Shown: positions 29,206-39,140 of the stretch, in pieces | How positions within the stretch are numbered: the first letter of the stretch is position 1 | Layout: the number at the start of each line of letters is the position of its first letter | Origin: a virus | Direction: 5' to 3' (one strand) | Length of the DNA stretch: 64,000 nt | IMG/VR virus record: IMGVR_UViG_3300032087_005129 | The notes under the pieces: model-generated | The model's input: only the letters and a program-made list of their open reading frames with translations | The model's database searches: none | What the model was told of the DNA's origin: nothing | Position numbers and translations under genes: made by a program

Positions 29206-30259
29206 TTTTTTAAATTATGATCTTGAACAAATAAAAACAAACTACATTCATGGATCATCTTTTCGTACTTTGTCGCACATTGATGTTGATAACAGGCTGC
29301 CTCTTGGATTTCAGACCTATGGTGACCATGACAAACTACCATATTTAAAAAATGGTAAAAGAAAAGCAATTATCTGCACACGACTTGATTGGGAAACAAA
29401 TCTCGGCAATCTAAATGATACTTTTAGATTCATTATGAATCATGCTGATAAGACTAAGTTTATTCTTATCACCTACGGGTCATACATCTCACCACCAAAA
29501 GAATACATTGATAATATTCCTGAGAATGTACACAAGTGGTATGCTGTAAATTCTGAACATGAACATTCTAAAGTCACAGGTATACCTTTGGGTATTGCAA
29601 AGCCTATTTGGGATAATGGGCAGATAAGTTCCTTAGTCGAGAACTGCACAACCGACAAACAAAAACTTTTATACATCAATCACAATGTTCGAACTGATGA
29701 ACGAACTGATCGTGCTGGCGTTCGAAGATCTATTTACGATAGATTTAAAAACGAAAGCGGTGACTGGTTCAAGATCGAAGACATCACAGAGGGTGAGTGT
29801 CCTTTCTATGGTTACAATGGCGGTAAAGATGTCTTGGCTGAGTATGATCTTTCTAATACAGATGACAACGCAAAATGGCAGATCGCACAAGGTATTTCAG
29901 AGCGTGGTGTAAGACGAGTTGAAGATGGCGAATCTTCTGTGACAGACAACACTAAAAACTATCACAAAACATTATCGCAGTATAAGTTTACTCTTGCACC
30001 ATCTGGCATGGGTTACGACACCATGCGTTTGTGGGAGGCACTCTATATGAAGACGATACCGATTGTCACTGACTGCACTGCTCTTCGCCACTTCGAAGAC
30101 TTGCCAATACTTTACTCAAAAGATTTTAGTGAAATAACAGAAGAGTATTTGCTTGAAAAATACGAAGAGATTAGCAACAAGACTTGGAACTTTGACAAGT
30201 TGTTTATGCCTTTCTGGAAGAAACAAATAGAAACCGAGTATGGTTTAATACAAGAATGA
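29189..30259 (+). CDS. Exostosin/GT47-like glycosyltransferase
   Basis: IPLG, YKFTLAPSGMGYDTMRLWEALYMKTIPIV. Confidence 0.7.
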   Translation: MIMQSDFLNYDLEQIKTNYIHGSSFRTLSHIDVDNRLPLGFQTYGDHDKLPYLKNGKRKAIICTRLDWETNLGNLNDTFRFIMNHADKTKFILITYGSYISPPKEYIDNIPENVHKWYAVNSEHEHSKVTGIPLGIAKPIWDNGQISSLVENCTTDKQKLLYINHNVRTDERTDRAGVRRSIYDRFKNESGDWFKIEDITEGECPFYGYNGGKDVLAEYDLSNTDDNAKWQIAQGISERGVRRVEDGESSVTDNTKNYHKTLSQYKFTLAPSGMGYDTMRLWEALYMKTIPIVTDCTALRHFEDLPILYSKDFSEITEEYLLEKYEEISNKTWNFDKLFMPFWKKQIETEYGLIQE

Positions 30260-30261
30260 AC

Positions 30262-30289
30262 TTGACTAATGTAGTAAATGAGGTATACT
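30262..30289 (+). promoter_or_regulatory. Sigma70-type promoter, leaderless-type, for gp41
   Basis: TTGACT-16-TATACT, ATG 8 nt later, no SD. Confidence 0.65.
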
Positions 30290-30296
30290 CTTTTAC

Positions 30297-31667
30297 ATGA
30301 GTATTGAAAGAATCATTCTAAGCAATCTTGTTCAGAAAGACGAGTATTGCCGCAAGACATTGCCATTTCTAAAAGACGAATACTTTCTCAATGAGACTGA
30401 GAAGATTGTGTTTCAAGCCATCAAATCTTTTGTTGAAGAGTTTAATTCTTTACCAACATCTGATGCGTTGAAGATCGCTCTTGACAAAAACAAAAACATT
30501 AACGAGAACATTCATCAAGAATGTGTCACACTCATTGATGAGTTTAGTGATGTTGAGCCAAATGATGAGTGGTTGTTGAAAGAGTCTGAAGCCTTTTGCA
30601 AAGATAAGGCTGTGTACAATGCCATTATGAACTCTATCACCATCATTGATGGTAAAGATGACAAGCAGAGTGAAAATGCGATTCCTCAAATTCTTTCTGA
30701 TGCACTAGCAATCTCTTTTGATTCTCATATTGGTCACGATTATATTGAAGACTCTGATGAGCGATTTGATTTTTATCATCGTGTCGAAACCAGAACTGAG
30801 TTTGACATTGATCTGTTGAACAAGATTACTGGTGGCGGTATTCCGAACAAAACACTTAACGTTGTTATGGCTGGTACAGGTGTCGGCAAGTCAATGTTCC
30901 TCTGTCATCATGCAAGTGCCTGTTTAAAACAAAACAAGCGAGTCTTGTATATCACTTGTGAGATGGCAGAGGAACGAATCGCAGAACGTATTGATGCGAA
31001 CATGATGGACATCACGCTTGACACACTCAAGACTTTGCCTAAAGAAATGTATGATCGTAAACTTCAGAGAGCGACCAAGAACGTGACTGGTCGTTTGATT
31101 GTCAAAGAGTATCCTACTGCTGTAGCCAATGTGATGCACTTTCGATCCTTACTTGAAGAACTAAAGATCAAGAGAAACTTTATACCAGACATCATCTTTA
31201 TTGACTATCTCAACATCTGTGCATCTGCAAGATTCAAAGCAGGTTCGTCTGTGAACTCTTACACGTTTATCAAAGCGATTGCAGAAGAACTGAGGGGGCT
31301 TGCTGTAGAGATGAACGTACCTATTATTACAGCGACACAAACGAATCGCTCAGGCTATTCAAACTCTGATGTGAGTCTTGAAGATACCTCTGAGTCATTC
31401 GGTCTGCCTGCGACGGCTGACTTTATGTTTGCTTTGATCACAACAGAAGAACTTGAAAAACTTGGTCAGATTATGATCAAGCAGTTGAAGAATCGCTATG
31501 GTGATCCTAACATGAACAAAAAGTTTGTGGTCGGTCTTGATAAGCCAAAGATGAAATTCTATGACCTTGAAGACTCGGCACAAACTTTGATTCAATCACC
31601 ACAATCAGAAGATCTTGGTCTTGATAGCAAGTTTGAGAAGACAAACTTCGAAGGGTGGAATATATGA
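30297..31667 (+). CDS. gp41: Replicative DNA helicase
   Basis: AGTGVGKS, EMAEERIAERIDAN, IDYLNIC, SESFGLPATAD, KQLKNRY. Confidence 0.96.
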   Translation: MSIERIILSNLVQKDEYCRKTLPFLKDEYFLNETEKIVFQAIKSFVEEFNSLPTSDALKIALDKNKNINENIHQECVTLIDEFSDVEPNDEWLLKESEAFCKDKAVYNAIMNSITIIDGKDDKQSENAIPQILSDALAISFDSHIGHDYIEDSDERFDFYHRVETRTEFDIDLLNKITGGGIPNKTLNVVMAGTGVGKSMFLCHHASACLKQNKRVLYITCEMAEERIAERIDANMMDITLDTLKTLPKEMYDRKLQRATKNVTGRLIVKEYPTAVANVMHFRSLLEELKIKRNFIPDIIFIDYLNICASARFKAGSSVNSYTFIKAIAEELRGLAVEMNVPIITATQTNRSGYSNSDVSLEDTSESFGLPATADFMFALITTEELEKLGQIMIKQLKNRYGDPNMNKKFVVGLDKPKMKFYDLEDSAQTLIQSPQSEDLGLDSKFEKTNFEGWNI

Positions 31668-31993
31668 TAAAGGTATTCGAGGCTCAGCCCCTCAAGAAAT
31701 TATTCCTAAATATAGTTGAATGGTTTGTTCGAGAGCATAGCCTTGATGACGTAACAATCTATCTTCACCCCGTCAAAGATTTGAACTGTTGGGGCGAGAC
31801 AGAAAAGATAGGTGACAAAGAGTATCGAATCAAAGTATGCACAGAGCAATCTCTTCGTGACACTGTTGCTACAGTAATGCACGAAATGGTTCATGTGCAA
31901 CAATGGTATACAGACAAGTGGCAAGGTGATGGTGAAAAAGAAGCAGAGAAACGTCAGTATCAATTGGCTGATAGGTATTGGAAAGGCAAGTGA
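31664..31993 (+). CDS. Small HExxH zincin-like protein
   Basis: TVMHEMVHVQQW...EKEAE. Confidence 0.65.
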   Translation: MIKVFEAQPLKKLFLNIVEWFVREHSLDDVTIYLHPVKDLNCWGETEKIGDKEYRIKVCTEQSLRDTVATVMHEMVHVQQWYTDKWQGDGEKEAEKRQYQLADRYWKGK

Positions 31994-33594
31994 CAGTGGA
32001 AAAATATTTCTTTGAAAAAAATGAACACGTTCTTCAATCAAGCATCAATGTTTTTTTTGAAGAACTTCTTGATATGTCTCAAGATGAATTTCGGCAGTGG
32101 GTGATTGACTATCGTAAAACTATGCTTGAGTCTTGGGATAGATACGGTTGCCCGCCTCGATCTGGTGCAGACGAAAAGAAAATTGTAAAGTCTTTCAACT
32201 CATTGTCATCGCACCCTGTTCACAAGTTTGAATACACAGACAAACTTGGCTGTTCGTTCGGTAAAAAGAACGATGTTATTCTCAACACAGCGAGAGCAGG
32301 CACAGAAGTTGATCAATTCTTTCCGACTATGATGAAAGCAAGAATCAACTACAACATCAAAAGCGATGGTCACTCTGTATATGACATGTTTAACGATGAT
32401 AAGTTTCTTGAGAGAATGGTCAAGGGTAGTCAACGACATTTCAAACGAGATAGTTTCTATCACTACAGCCACACAATGAAACTTGGTGATCCATCAAACA
32501 TTATTAGTGCAGATAGTGGTTTTGATTTCTGTGAGAAGTGTTGTCAAAACAAAAAACTCATGGAGTCAATGGGTTACGATTATTGGATTAGTGAAAAAGA
32601 AGAGTCTGAAGGATTGTCTACAGGCTATTATCAAATCGATCAATCAAAGCAACTCTCTCTGAGTGCTGAACAAGTCAAAGTATTGTATGATCGAGGTTGC
32701 TTTACAGAACGAAACATTTCTAATATTGATGTGAATGATTTGAAAGCCGATCACGTTTACATTCTTCGTTTATTCAAACTTGGTCACAAGGTGTTTCCGA
32801 AAGCGTTTACTGCATTCAAGATTGGTTACATTCAAGTCGCAGTAAACTTTCCGCCTATGACTGCAAAGTATCTCTATGAAAGGTTCACGGAACATGTCAA
32901 AGATCAAGAAACTATTCGAATTTATGATCCGTCATCGGGCTGGGGCGGTCGTATTCTTGGTGCTATGTCCGTACGGGATGATCGTCGGATTCACTATATT
33001 GGCACAGATCCTAATCCAGAAAATCAGATCCCGAAAGAAGGCATAAGTCGCTACGACTATCTTGCCAACTTCTTCAACGAAAATACATATCGTGGCAATG
33101 GTGTATTCAGTCACTCGAATACATTTGAGACATTCGATGAGTGTGCCGAAGACATCAAGAACAATCCAGACTTTCAGAAGCACAAGGGTAAACTTGATCT
33201 TGTATTCACATCGCCCCCATACTTCAACCGTGAGGGCTACGCAGATGACGCTAAACAGTCGTATCAGCGTTATCCAGGCTATCAAGGGTGGGTAGACGGG
33301 TTCTTGCGACCAACGCTTGAGACGGCGGTTGAGTATCTGCGTCCGCAAAGATATCTTCTCTGGAACATTGCTGACATTCTGATGGGTAAAGAGTACATGC
33401 CACTCGAAGAAGACTCGAAGAAGATTCTTGAATCTCTCGGTATGGAGTACAAAGGTTTTCTTAAGATGGCAATGGCATCAATGCCTGGTCAAAACCGATT
33501 AGATGAAAACGGTATTCCCAAGTGCAAGAATTATTGTCAAGTGAAGGGGCAGTACCTTAAGTACGAGCCAGTGTTTGTTTTCTGGAAACCTTAA
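31990..33594 (+). CDS. DNA amino-methyltransferase (N4-C/N6-A type) with long N-terminal extension
   Basis: YDPSSGWGGR SAM motif, YIGTDPN, FTSPPYFNRE catalytic motif. Confidence 0.8.
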   Translation: MTVEKYFFEKNEHVLQSSINVFFEELLDMSQDEFRQWVIDYRKTMLESWDRYGCPPRSGADEKKIVKSFNSLSSHPVHKFEYTDKLGCSFGKKNDVILNTARAGTEVDQFFPTMMKARINYNIKSDGHSVYDMFNDDKFLERMVKGSQRHFKRDSFYHYSHTMKLGDPSNIISADSGFDFCEKCCQNKKLMESMGYDYWISEKEESEGLSTGYYQIDQSKQLSLSAEQVKVLYDRGCFTERNISNIDVNDLKADHVYILRLFKLGHKVFPKAFTAFKIGYIQVAVNFPPMTAKYLYERFTEHVKDQETIRIYDPSSGWGGRILGAMSVRDDRRIHYIGTDPNPENQIPKEGISRYDYLANFFNENTYRGNGVFSHSNTFETFDECAEDIKNNPDFQKHKGKLDLVFTSPPYFNREGYADDAKQSYQRYPGYQGWVDGFLRPTLETAVEYLRPQRYLLWNIADILMGKEYMPLEEDSKKILESLGMEYKGFLKMAMASMPGQNRLDENGIPKCKNYCQVKGQYLKYEPVFVFWKP

Positions 33595-34634
33595 CCCAAC
33601 TCATCTGGATCGTAAGGGTACATATAGTCGCTCAGATCATCAGGTGGTGGATCTTCACCCAATAGATATCTGATTAGAACACCAAATGGACCGTCATCGT
33701 TTTCGAATTGTGGCGCTGTGAAGTTTTCATAGAAACGTGTAAGGTCACGATACAACTCATCTCGAACGTCGCTAGGCATATCTACATTGTCTAGCAATTC
33801 AACTAAATTGCTAAACATATCTGTAAGTTGTGTTTGATATCTAATCATGTTTTCAAGAACACCGAGAATGTCGCCTTGTCTTATAGACAAGATAAGACTT
33901 TCACGAATGCCTTCAATGGCCTGTGACATTTGGGAAGCATCGCCTGGTAAACCAGAGAGTATAGTTTGAATGTTAGAGATGTAACTTAAAATCTCATCGT
34001 AATTGTCTGGTCGAGGTTGAAGATTCATAAAGGAATCTAAAAAATCATCCAAAGCAGCATTGTTCATAATAAAACTATTCCACCTTTGATCGACATCAAA
34101 ACTTATTTCCCAATTTACTTTAAGATTAAGTTCGTCATAACGTACACCAATACCATATCTCAAAGCAAGATATTGTAATAGATTTTCTTCGCCCATATCA
34201 CTATATTGCAACAGTATTCTAAAAATACTTTGTCCATCACCCACATTTGCAGGAACATCAGGTGAAGCAAAATCTAAGGCTCTTATGAAACGAAGAAGAT
34301 CATTGAGTAGTTGACTGCTAACTGATGGGGAATCCATTTGATTTGGATTTAAAAATTTAGAAAACTGCCGAAAGAATGCCGTCTTGATCGCACTATCTGG
34401 TTGATCTTGTAGAATAGTAGCAATCAGTTCTACCATGTCACGAAAGAAATCGCTTTGTGGAATTGTTATGTCAATTTCTGGAATAGGAACAAACTGTCCG
34501 GCTGGGGTTCTTCCTATTTTTGATGGTTTTGCTCCAGGACGAGGACGAATTGGTGTTGGTTTATCACCAAAAAATCTTCTCGGTGGTGGTATCATCTTTT
34601 CTTGTAAAAGCAATAGTCTTTGTTTCCAATGCAT
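33591..34634 (-). CDS. Helical paralog family member 1 (MHWK leader), candidate head cargo
   Basis: MHWKQRLLLLQE followed by a Pro/Arg-rich segment; clearly similar to 34661-35653. Confidence 0.75.
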   Translation of the reverse strand: MHWKQRLLLLQEKMIPPPRRFFGDKPTPIRPRPGAKPSKIGRTPAGQFVPIPEIDITIPQSDFFRDMVELIATILQDQPDSAIKTAFFRQFSKFLNPNQMDSPSVSSQLLNDLLRFIRALDFASPDVPANVGDGQSIFRILLQYSDMGEENLLQYLALRYGIGVRYDELNLKVNWEISFDVDQRWNSFIMNNAALDDFLDSFMNLQPRPDNYDEILSYISNIQTILSGLPGDASQMSQAIEGIRESLILSIRQGDILGVLENMIRYQTQLTDMFSNLVELLDNVDMPSDVRDELYRDLTRFYENFTAPQFENDDGPFGVLIRYLLGEDPPPDDLSDYMYPYDPDELG

Positions 34635-34660
34635 AGTTATGTTCCTAATAAATGGTAATA

Positions 34661-35653
34661 TTATCTGATAATCTCAAACTCAGGTGGCAAGTCTTCACCC
34701 ATTAGATATCTAATTAGAGCACCGAATGGTGTGTCAGGATCCCCAAATTGTGGCGCCGTAAAGTTTTCATAGAAAGTTTCTAAATTACGAATTACTTCTT
34801 CTCTAACGTCGGCGGGTAAATCTACGGTGTCAAGTAGATCAACCATATCACTCATCATGTCTGTAAGTTGTGCGTGATACCTAATCATATTTTCTAGAAT
34901 GCCAACTACATTACCTGAGTTGATAGATTCAAGAAGTTGATCTCGTATCACTCTCATCGCATCTGCATTTGCTCCTTCACCTCCAAGACCAAGTAGTATG
35001 CTTTGAAGATTGCCAAGTTCGTCAAAAATGTATCTTGGTGGTTCTGGTTCAATGCCTGCAAGATCCTCCATAATTTTGTTAAATGGACCATTTTCTCCGA
35101 TCCAACCCATCCAATCTCTGTACACATCAAATGTTATTTGAGCATTAATTTTGATATCGAGTCTTTCGACGGTGAGTCCGTAACGCAAGGCAAGAAACTG
35201 TAGTAGTTCTGCTGGATTCATATCGCTGTAACTGGTTATTAATTCAAGAAGTCTTGTTGGGTTTCCTAGATTTACTTGGACATCTGTGCCAAAATCTCCT
35301 AAAAGTCTTAGGTGTCTTAGAAGGTCATTTAATTGTTGACTGGTAATTTCTGATGAAGAGCCAGTGGATTTTATAAATTCAGAAAACTGACGGAAGAACG
35401 CCGTTTTTATTGGACTGTTTGGTTGATCTCTATAAATTTGAGCAATCAAACGAATCATGTCCCCAAAGAAACCACTTTGAGGAATTGTAGTGTCAATATC
35501 TGGAATAGGAACAAACTGGCCAGTTGGGGTTCTTCCCAATTTTGGTGGTTTTGGTCGAGGACCAGGACGAATCGGTGTCGGTCTTCCACCAAAATTTCTT
35601 GGTGGTGGTATCGTTACTTCTTGTAGTAGTAGTAGTCTTTGTTTCCAATGCAT
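34661..35653 (-). CDS. Helical paralog family member 2 (MHWK leader)
   Basis: Identical 12-aa leader; shared IKTAFFRQFS, LALRYG, LENMIRY, FYENFTAPQF. Confidence 0.75.
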   Translation of the reverse strand: MHWKQRLLLLQEVTIPPPRNFGGRPTPIRPGPRPKPPKLGRTPTGQFVPIPDIDTTIPQSGFFGDMIRLIAQIYRDQPNSPIKTAFFRQFSEFIKSTGSSSEITSQQLNDLLRHLRLLGDFGTDVQVNLGNPTRLLELITSYSDMNPAELLQFLALRYGLTVERLDIKINAQITFDVYRDWMGWIGENGPFNKIMEDLAGIEPEPPRYIFDELGNLQSILLGLGGEGANADAMRVIRDQLLESINSGNVVGILENMIRYHAQLTDMMSDMVDLLDTVDLPADVREEVIRNLETFYENFTAPQFGDPDTPFGALIRYLMGEDLPPEFEIIR

Positions 35654-35655
35654 AG

Positions 35656-36027
35656 TTATAATCCTATTTGATCACCAATATTTATTCCAATTGTGTCAGC
35701 AACTCCTGAGTTTAGTTCTATTGCGTACATGATTGGTCTGTCAATTGGGTAGTCTGATTGTGTTCGATGATACATGGTTTGTTTGTCAACGACGTAGCCG
35801 TTTGAGTCAAGGCCAAGAATATCTAAATCCATTTTGCAGTTTTTCATCGTGAAACTTCTTGGTTGCTCTTCAGGAAAAACAAAAAGCATACCTCGATTCT
35901 TTGGCATACTTTTTCTAAACATTAAACCGAGTCTTTGCGACGTATCTGTAAGTGCAAGATCAAGAATAAAGTCATAATTCTTAATCTTCATCAAAACTTT
36001 TTTAAGTGGTTTAAAGTAAGATTTCAT
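35656..36027 (-). CDS. DUF192 family protein
   Basis: RLGLMFRKSM...GMLFVF...FTMKN..LDI...YAIELNSG...IGD. Confidence 0.85.
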   Translation of the reverse strand: MKSYFKPLKKVLMKIKNYDFILDLALTDTSQRLGLMFRKSMPKNRGMLFVFPEEQPRSFTMKNCKMDLDILGLDSNGYVVDKQTMYHRTQSDYPIDRPIMYAIELNSGVADTIGINIGDQIGL

Positions 36028-37091
36028 TATATGATATATTCTAAATTTCGAATAAACTTCAACAGTGTAATTATTTGCATTAGTGCATTTAGAGTAAATG
36101 AATCTAAATTACTATCTTTTGCGGGAATCAATTGACCAGTTTTAAGAGATATACGAAAATGCCCCCGGTCTTCTAGTATTTTAATCAAATCATCAACATC
36201 ACCTCCGCTGTTAACCCACTCTGCATATTGATTGCCCAGACCTGCTTCAAGAAAATTACTAAACATGTCATTTCTTCTGATGATTGTCAATGCTGAATCA
36301 TAATTGAAAAATCTTCGTCTTAAATTGTCAATATCTTCTTCGGTAAATCCTAAATCTAAAAGTTCTTGTGGATATCTATCTGAGCCAGTGAATGATCCTC
36401 GTAATAAGGCTTCTATTAACTCTTGCATTGTAAAATCACCTAGAATATCAAAGTTTATATCTCGTCTTATCGTTCCGAAGAAAAGGTTTAAAATAAAACC
36501 AAACTCACCATCTTCATTAATAAAACCTAAACCTCCTGAATACAATTCTAGGTAAGAAAGAAGTTGTGAAATAAAGTCTAGATTAGAAGAAGGATTAATC
36601 AAAAACAAAAGACGTTTTAATAGCAAATCAAACTCTGCTACCTGTGCCTTTGTCATATTCATACCAGCAACAGCATACGGAGATGGCTTGTCGGTTGCCG
36701 CCCTTGTTGGCTGTTTCACAATAAGTTCTATAAGTATCTCTGCAACTGCATCGGCTCTACCGGCATCAAAAGAAAGTGCTAATGCAATCGCCCGCAACTG
36801 CTCTGGTGTAAAAAGTTGTCCAAGACGAACAGTAATTTCTGGTTCACCTACACCAAGCGCCACTAGTCTTTCTAAAAATGTTGTACCATTAATACTGTAT
36901 CCAAGAATAACCCAATAAGGAGAATTTGAACCACCTGAACCATCTGGCATTGACATTCTTTCTGGAGGAGCAATGACTGGTGAATCAGTCGCAAATTTTT
37001 TAGTTGCTTGTGTTTTGGTTAAACCAATTCCAGTATCTTTTGCGATCTGATTTTTAATTATTTGCTCTAATAGTTTTTTTGCTTTTTTCAA
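36027..37091 (-). CDS. Helical protein, distant paralog family member 3
   Basis: TTG start with AGGA RBS; leader ending LLEQ; INFDI motif. Confidence 0.6.
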   Translation of the reverse strand: MKKAKKLLEQIIKNQIAKDTGIGLTKTQATKKFATDSPVIAPPERMSMPDGSGGSNSPYWVILGYSINGTTFLERLVALGVGEPEITVRLGQLFTPEQLRAIALALSFDAGRADAVAEILIELIVKQPTRAATDKPSPYAVAGMNMTKAQVAEFDLLLKRLLFLINPSSNLDFISQLLSYLELYSGGLGFINEDGEFGFILNLFFGTIRRDINFDILGDFTMQELIEALLRGSFTGSDRYPQELLDLGFTEEDIDNLRRRFFNYDSALTIIRRNDMFSNFLEAGLGNQYAEWVNSGGDVDDLIKILEDRGHFRISLKTGQLIPAKDSNLDSFTLNALMQIITLLKFIRNLEYII

Positions 37092-37134
37092 AACACAAGT
37101 CCTATTTTTTTATTTTTTTGTATCTTAGTTATTA

Positions 37135-38223
37135 TCAAAATTCTCGAACTTTTTTGTAGTGTCTAAGATAAAACTTTAGAATTAGTGTTAGTTGTCCATT
37201 GATTGTTTCGGTAGGTCTTCTATCATTCACGAAAAATTCGGGCATTACGTTTGCCACGATTCTATCAATTTCTTCACTTGGAAGATCTAAAGATTCAAGA
37301 TACGTTTTAAGTTGGGTACTCACATGCTGTTCATATTGAGCAAATATGGCTTGAAGTTCTGCCATTTTTGCCATCAATGCAGTTAACTCAAAGTCTTCCC
37401 CATTAGCAAACCCAAGTTTAATTTCTTCAATCACTGTTCGAAGTTTTGTTAAAAGTTCTTGGTCTCCACCAAAAAATCTGTTAAGTCCTCCTGATCTCAC
37501 TATTTCTCTTAGTCTTCTGCGAGTCACATCAAAGGTTATGTACGGATTTATTTCTTGAATTGCCGCTACCATTGAATTCACAATGTCGAGTTCCCAATCC
37601 ATTAAACCAAAACTAGATCCACCATACAGTTTTGAGCCTTGAAGGCCAAACAATTCCAGTATATCTTCAAAAGAGTTGTCTTCTGAAAATATACCTCTAA
37701 GTCTGTTAATCCACTCACCTTGAGAGCCTCTTAACTCATCAAAAAGTGTTGAAACTGGCAAAAATCTACCTCTAGCAAGCATATCTGATGGGCTAAGCAT
37801 ACCTCTTTGAAACTTCAGTATTGTTTCAATTATTAGATACCAACTTGGAATTTGTCGTTGACCTGTTTTACTTGTAAAAAGGTCTAAAATTCTATTACCT
37901 AATTGTGTATTTCCAGCATACTTTTGAACCCATCTTTGAATATTTTTTGACCACTCTCTTGGTGGAAAAAAGGGACCGTCGCCTAAGATTTCGAGCAAAT
38001 CATCAAGAGCCCTTCTTGGTGGGGGAATCATTATTGCAGGAAGGTTTCCACCTGGAAGTGGCATAAGAAATTCCATTTCACCTGGCTCTCCCATACCTTT
38101 CATACCTTTACCCATGCGAGGTTTAGTCATACCGATCTCAGCAGGTCTTCCGCCTAGATCCATTCTTGCTTGCTCAAAGAGCCAGTTTGTGTATTGTTCT
38201 TTTGATACGTCTTCAGGTCTCAT
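37135..38223 (-). CDS. Helical protein, paralog family member 4
   Basis: Leader ending LFEQ; IPPPRR, ITFDV, LESLDLPSE motifs shared with members 1 and 2. Confidence 0.65.
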   Translation of the reverse strand: MRPEDVSKEQYTNWLFEQARMDLGGRPAEIGMTKPRMGKGMKGMGEPGEMEFLMPLPGGNLPAIMIPPPRRALDDLLEILGDGPFFPPREWSKNIQRWVQKYAGNTQLGNRILDLFTSKTGQRQIPSWYLIIETILKFQRGMLSPSDMLARGRFLPVSTLFDELRGSQGEWINRLRGIFSEDNSFEDILELFGLQGSKLYGGSSFGLMDWELDIVNSMVAAIQEINPYITFDVTRRRLREIVRSGGLNRFFGGDQELLTKLRTVIEEIKLGFANGEDFELTALMAKMAELQAIFAQYEQHVSTQLKTYLESLDLPSEEIDRIVANVMPEFFVNDRRPTETINGQLTLILKFYLRHYKKVREF

Positions 38224-38492
38224 TCTGATCTCTCCAATTGTCTACGGATCCATGCAATGTCTGTTTTAATTTCAGCCAGATCAGTAAGAATACGAGTCTG
38301 TGCTGTTTCTGTTTCTTGAATTCTTTGAACCGCGTCATTCAAATCTTCTTCAAGATTCGTGATGCGATTGTCATATGATGTGTTGAGTGAACTTGCTGTC
38401 CATACAAAACCAAGAATCGTAAGCACCCATGTTGTAGATAGGCCAATAATTAGTGGTTTGTGTTCTTGAATCTTAGTTTTTGCTGTGGGCAT
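38220..38492 (-). CDS. Small single-TM coiled-coil protein (possibly lysis-related)
   Basis: One hydrophobic helix then heptad repeats; GGAGG RBS; late promoter upstream. Confidence 0.55.
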   Translation of the reverse strand: MPTAKTKIQEHKPLIIGLSTTWVLTILGFVWTASSLNTSYDNRITNLEEDLNDAVQRIQETETAQTRILTDLAEIKTDIAWIRRQLERSE

Positions 38493-38512
38493 CTAGTCGC
38501 CTCCTGTTCTTG

Positions 38513-38520
38513 TATTTATA
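38513..38520 (-). promoter_or_regulatory. Late promoter TATAAATA (minus strand)
   Basis: tatttata on the + strand; variants AATAAATA at 39132-39139 and CATAAATA at 39752-39759. Confidence 0.75.
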
Positions 38521-38551
38521 AAAAAAGAGCCGCCCGATTGGCGACTCTTTT
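38520..38551 (-). terminator. Terminator after 38574-39107
   Basis: Minus strand AAAAGAGTCGCC-AATCG-GGCGGCTCTTTTTTT. Confidence 0.75.
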
Positions 38552-38573
38552 CATGCTTAAATTTTTAGCGAAT

Positions 38574-39107
38574 TTACATAGGTGGTTGCATTCCGCCACC
38601 AAAACCGCCGCCTGGTCCTTGTTGAATGCCAGGTCTGTTTGCTTGACGCGAAGGACGAGCAAAGTTTGTTCCTGGTCTAATCGTTGAACGTTGAGGTGGT
38701 CGAGGTCCTGCTGGTTGACCACCAGGATTCGGCACTCCAAAGAATTGACCAAGAGCATCAAAGTCAAATTCAACTGTTGGGGGGTTTGTTCTTGCTACAA
38801 CAAGGAATGGTGAGCCATCCATGATATTAATGAAAACGCCACTTGGCAATTGAAGAAGACCAGGAGAACCCTGTCTTATTGTATAATTTATTAAGGCACC
38901 ATATGTGTTGTTTTCACCAAGAAGGCTCAGAATAAACGTATAGTCGTTGAAGTCGAGTGTTCCGTTTCCACCAATTGTTGTTGTTGTGCCACCAGGTGCA
39001 CCACCACCGAATTGTTCTGAAAGATGTGTTGTCTCTTCAAGACCGGCAGCGTATCCTTTTGCATACGCTTCATTAATTCTTTTTTGTAATCGATTATCTC
39101 TGCTCAT
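38574..39107 (-). CDS. Hypothetical protein, EAY..GY leader, Pro/Gly/Arg-rich tail
   Basis: RINEAYAKGYAAGLEE-TTHLSE leader; GGAG RBS. Confidence 0.65.
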   Translation of the reverse strand: MSRDNRLQKRINEAYAKGYAAGLEETTHLSEQFGGGAPGGTTTTIGGNGTLDFNDYTFILSLLGENNTYGALINYTIRQGSPGLLQLPSGVFINIMDGSPFLVVARTNPPTVEFDFDALGQFFGVPNPGGQPAGPRPPQRSTIRPGTNFARPSRQANRPGIQQGPGGGFGGGMQPPM

Positions 39108-39140
39108 TTTTAACTCCTAGGAAGATAAACTTATTTATTT

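Noticed and set aside
33591-33594. Shared TTAA stop of convergent genes as an insertion target site
   Set aside because: No duplicated target or terminal repeats were found; ordinary compact convergent overlap
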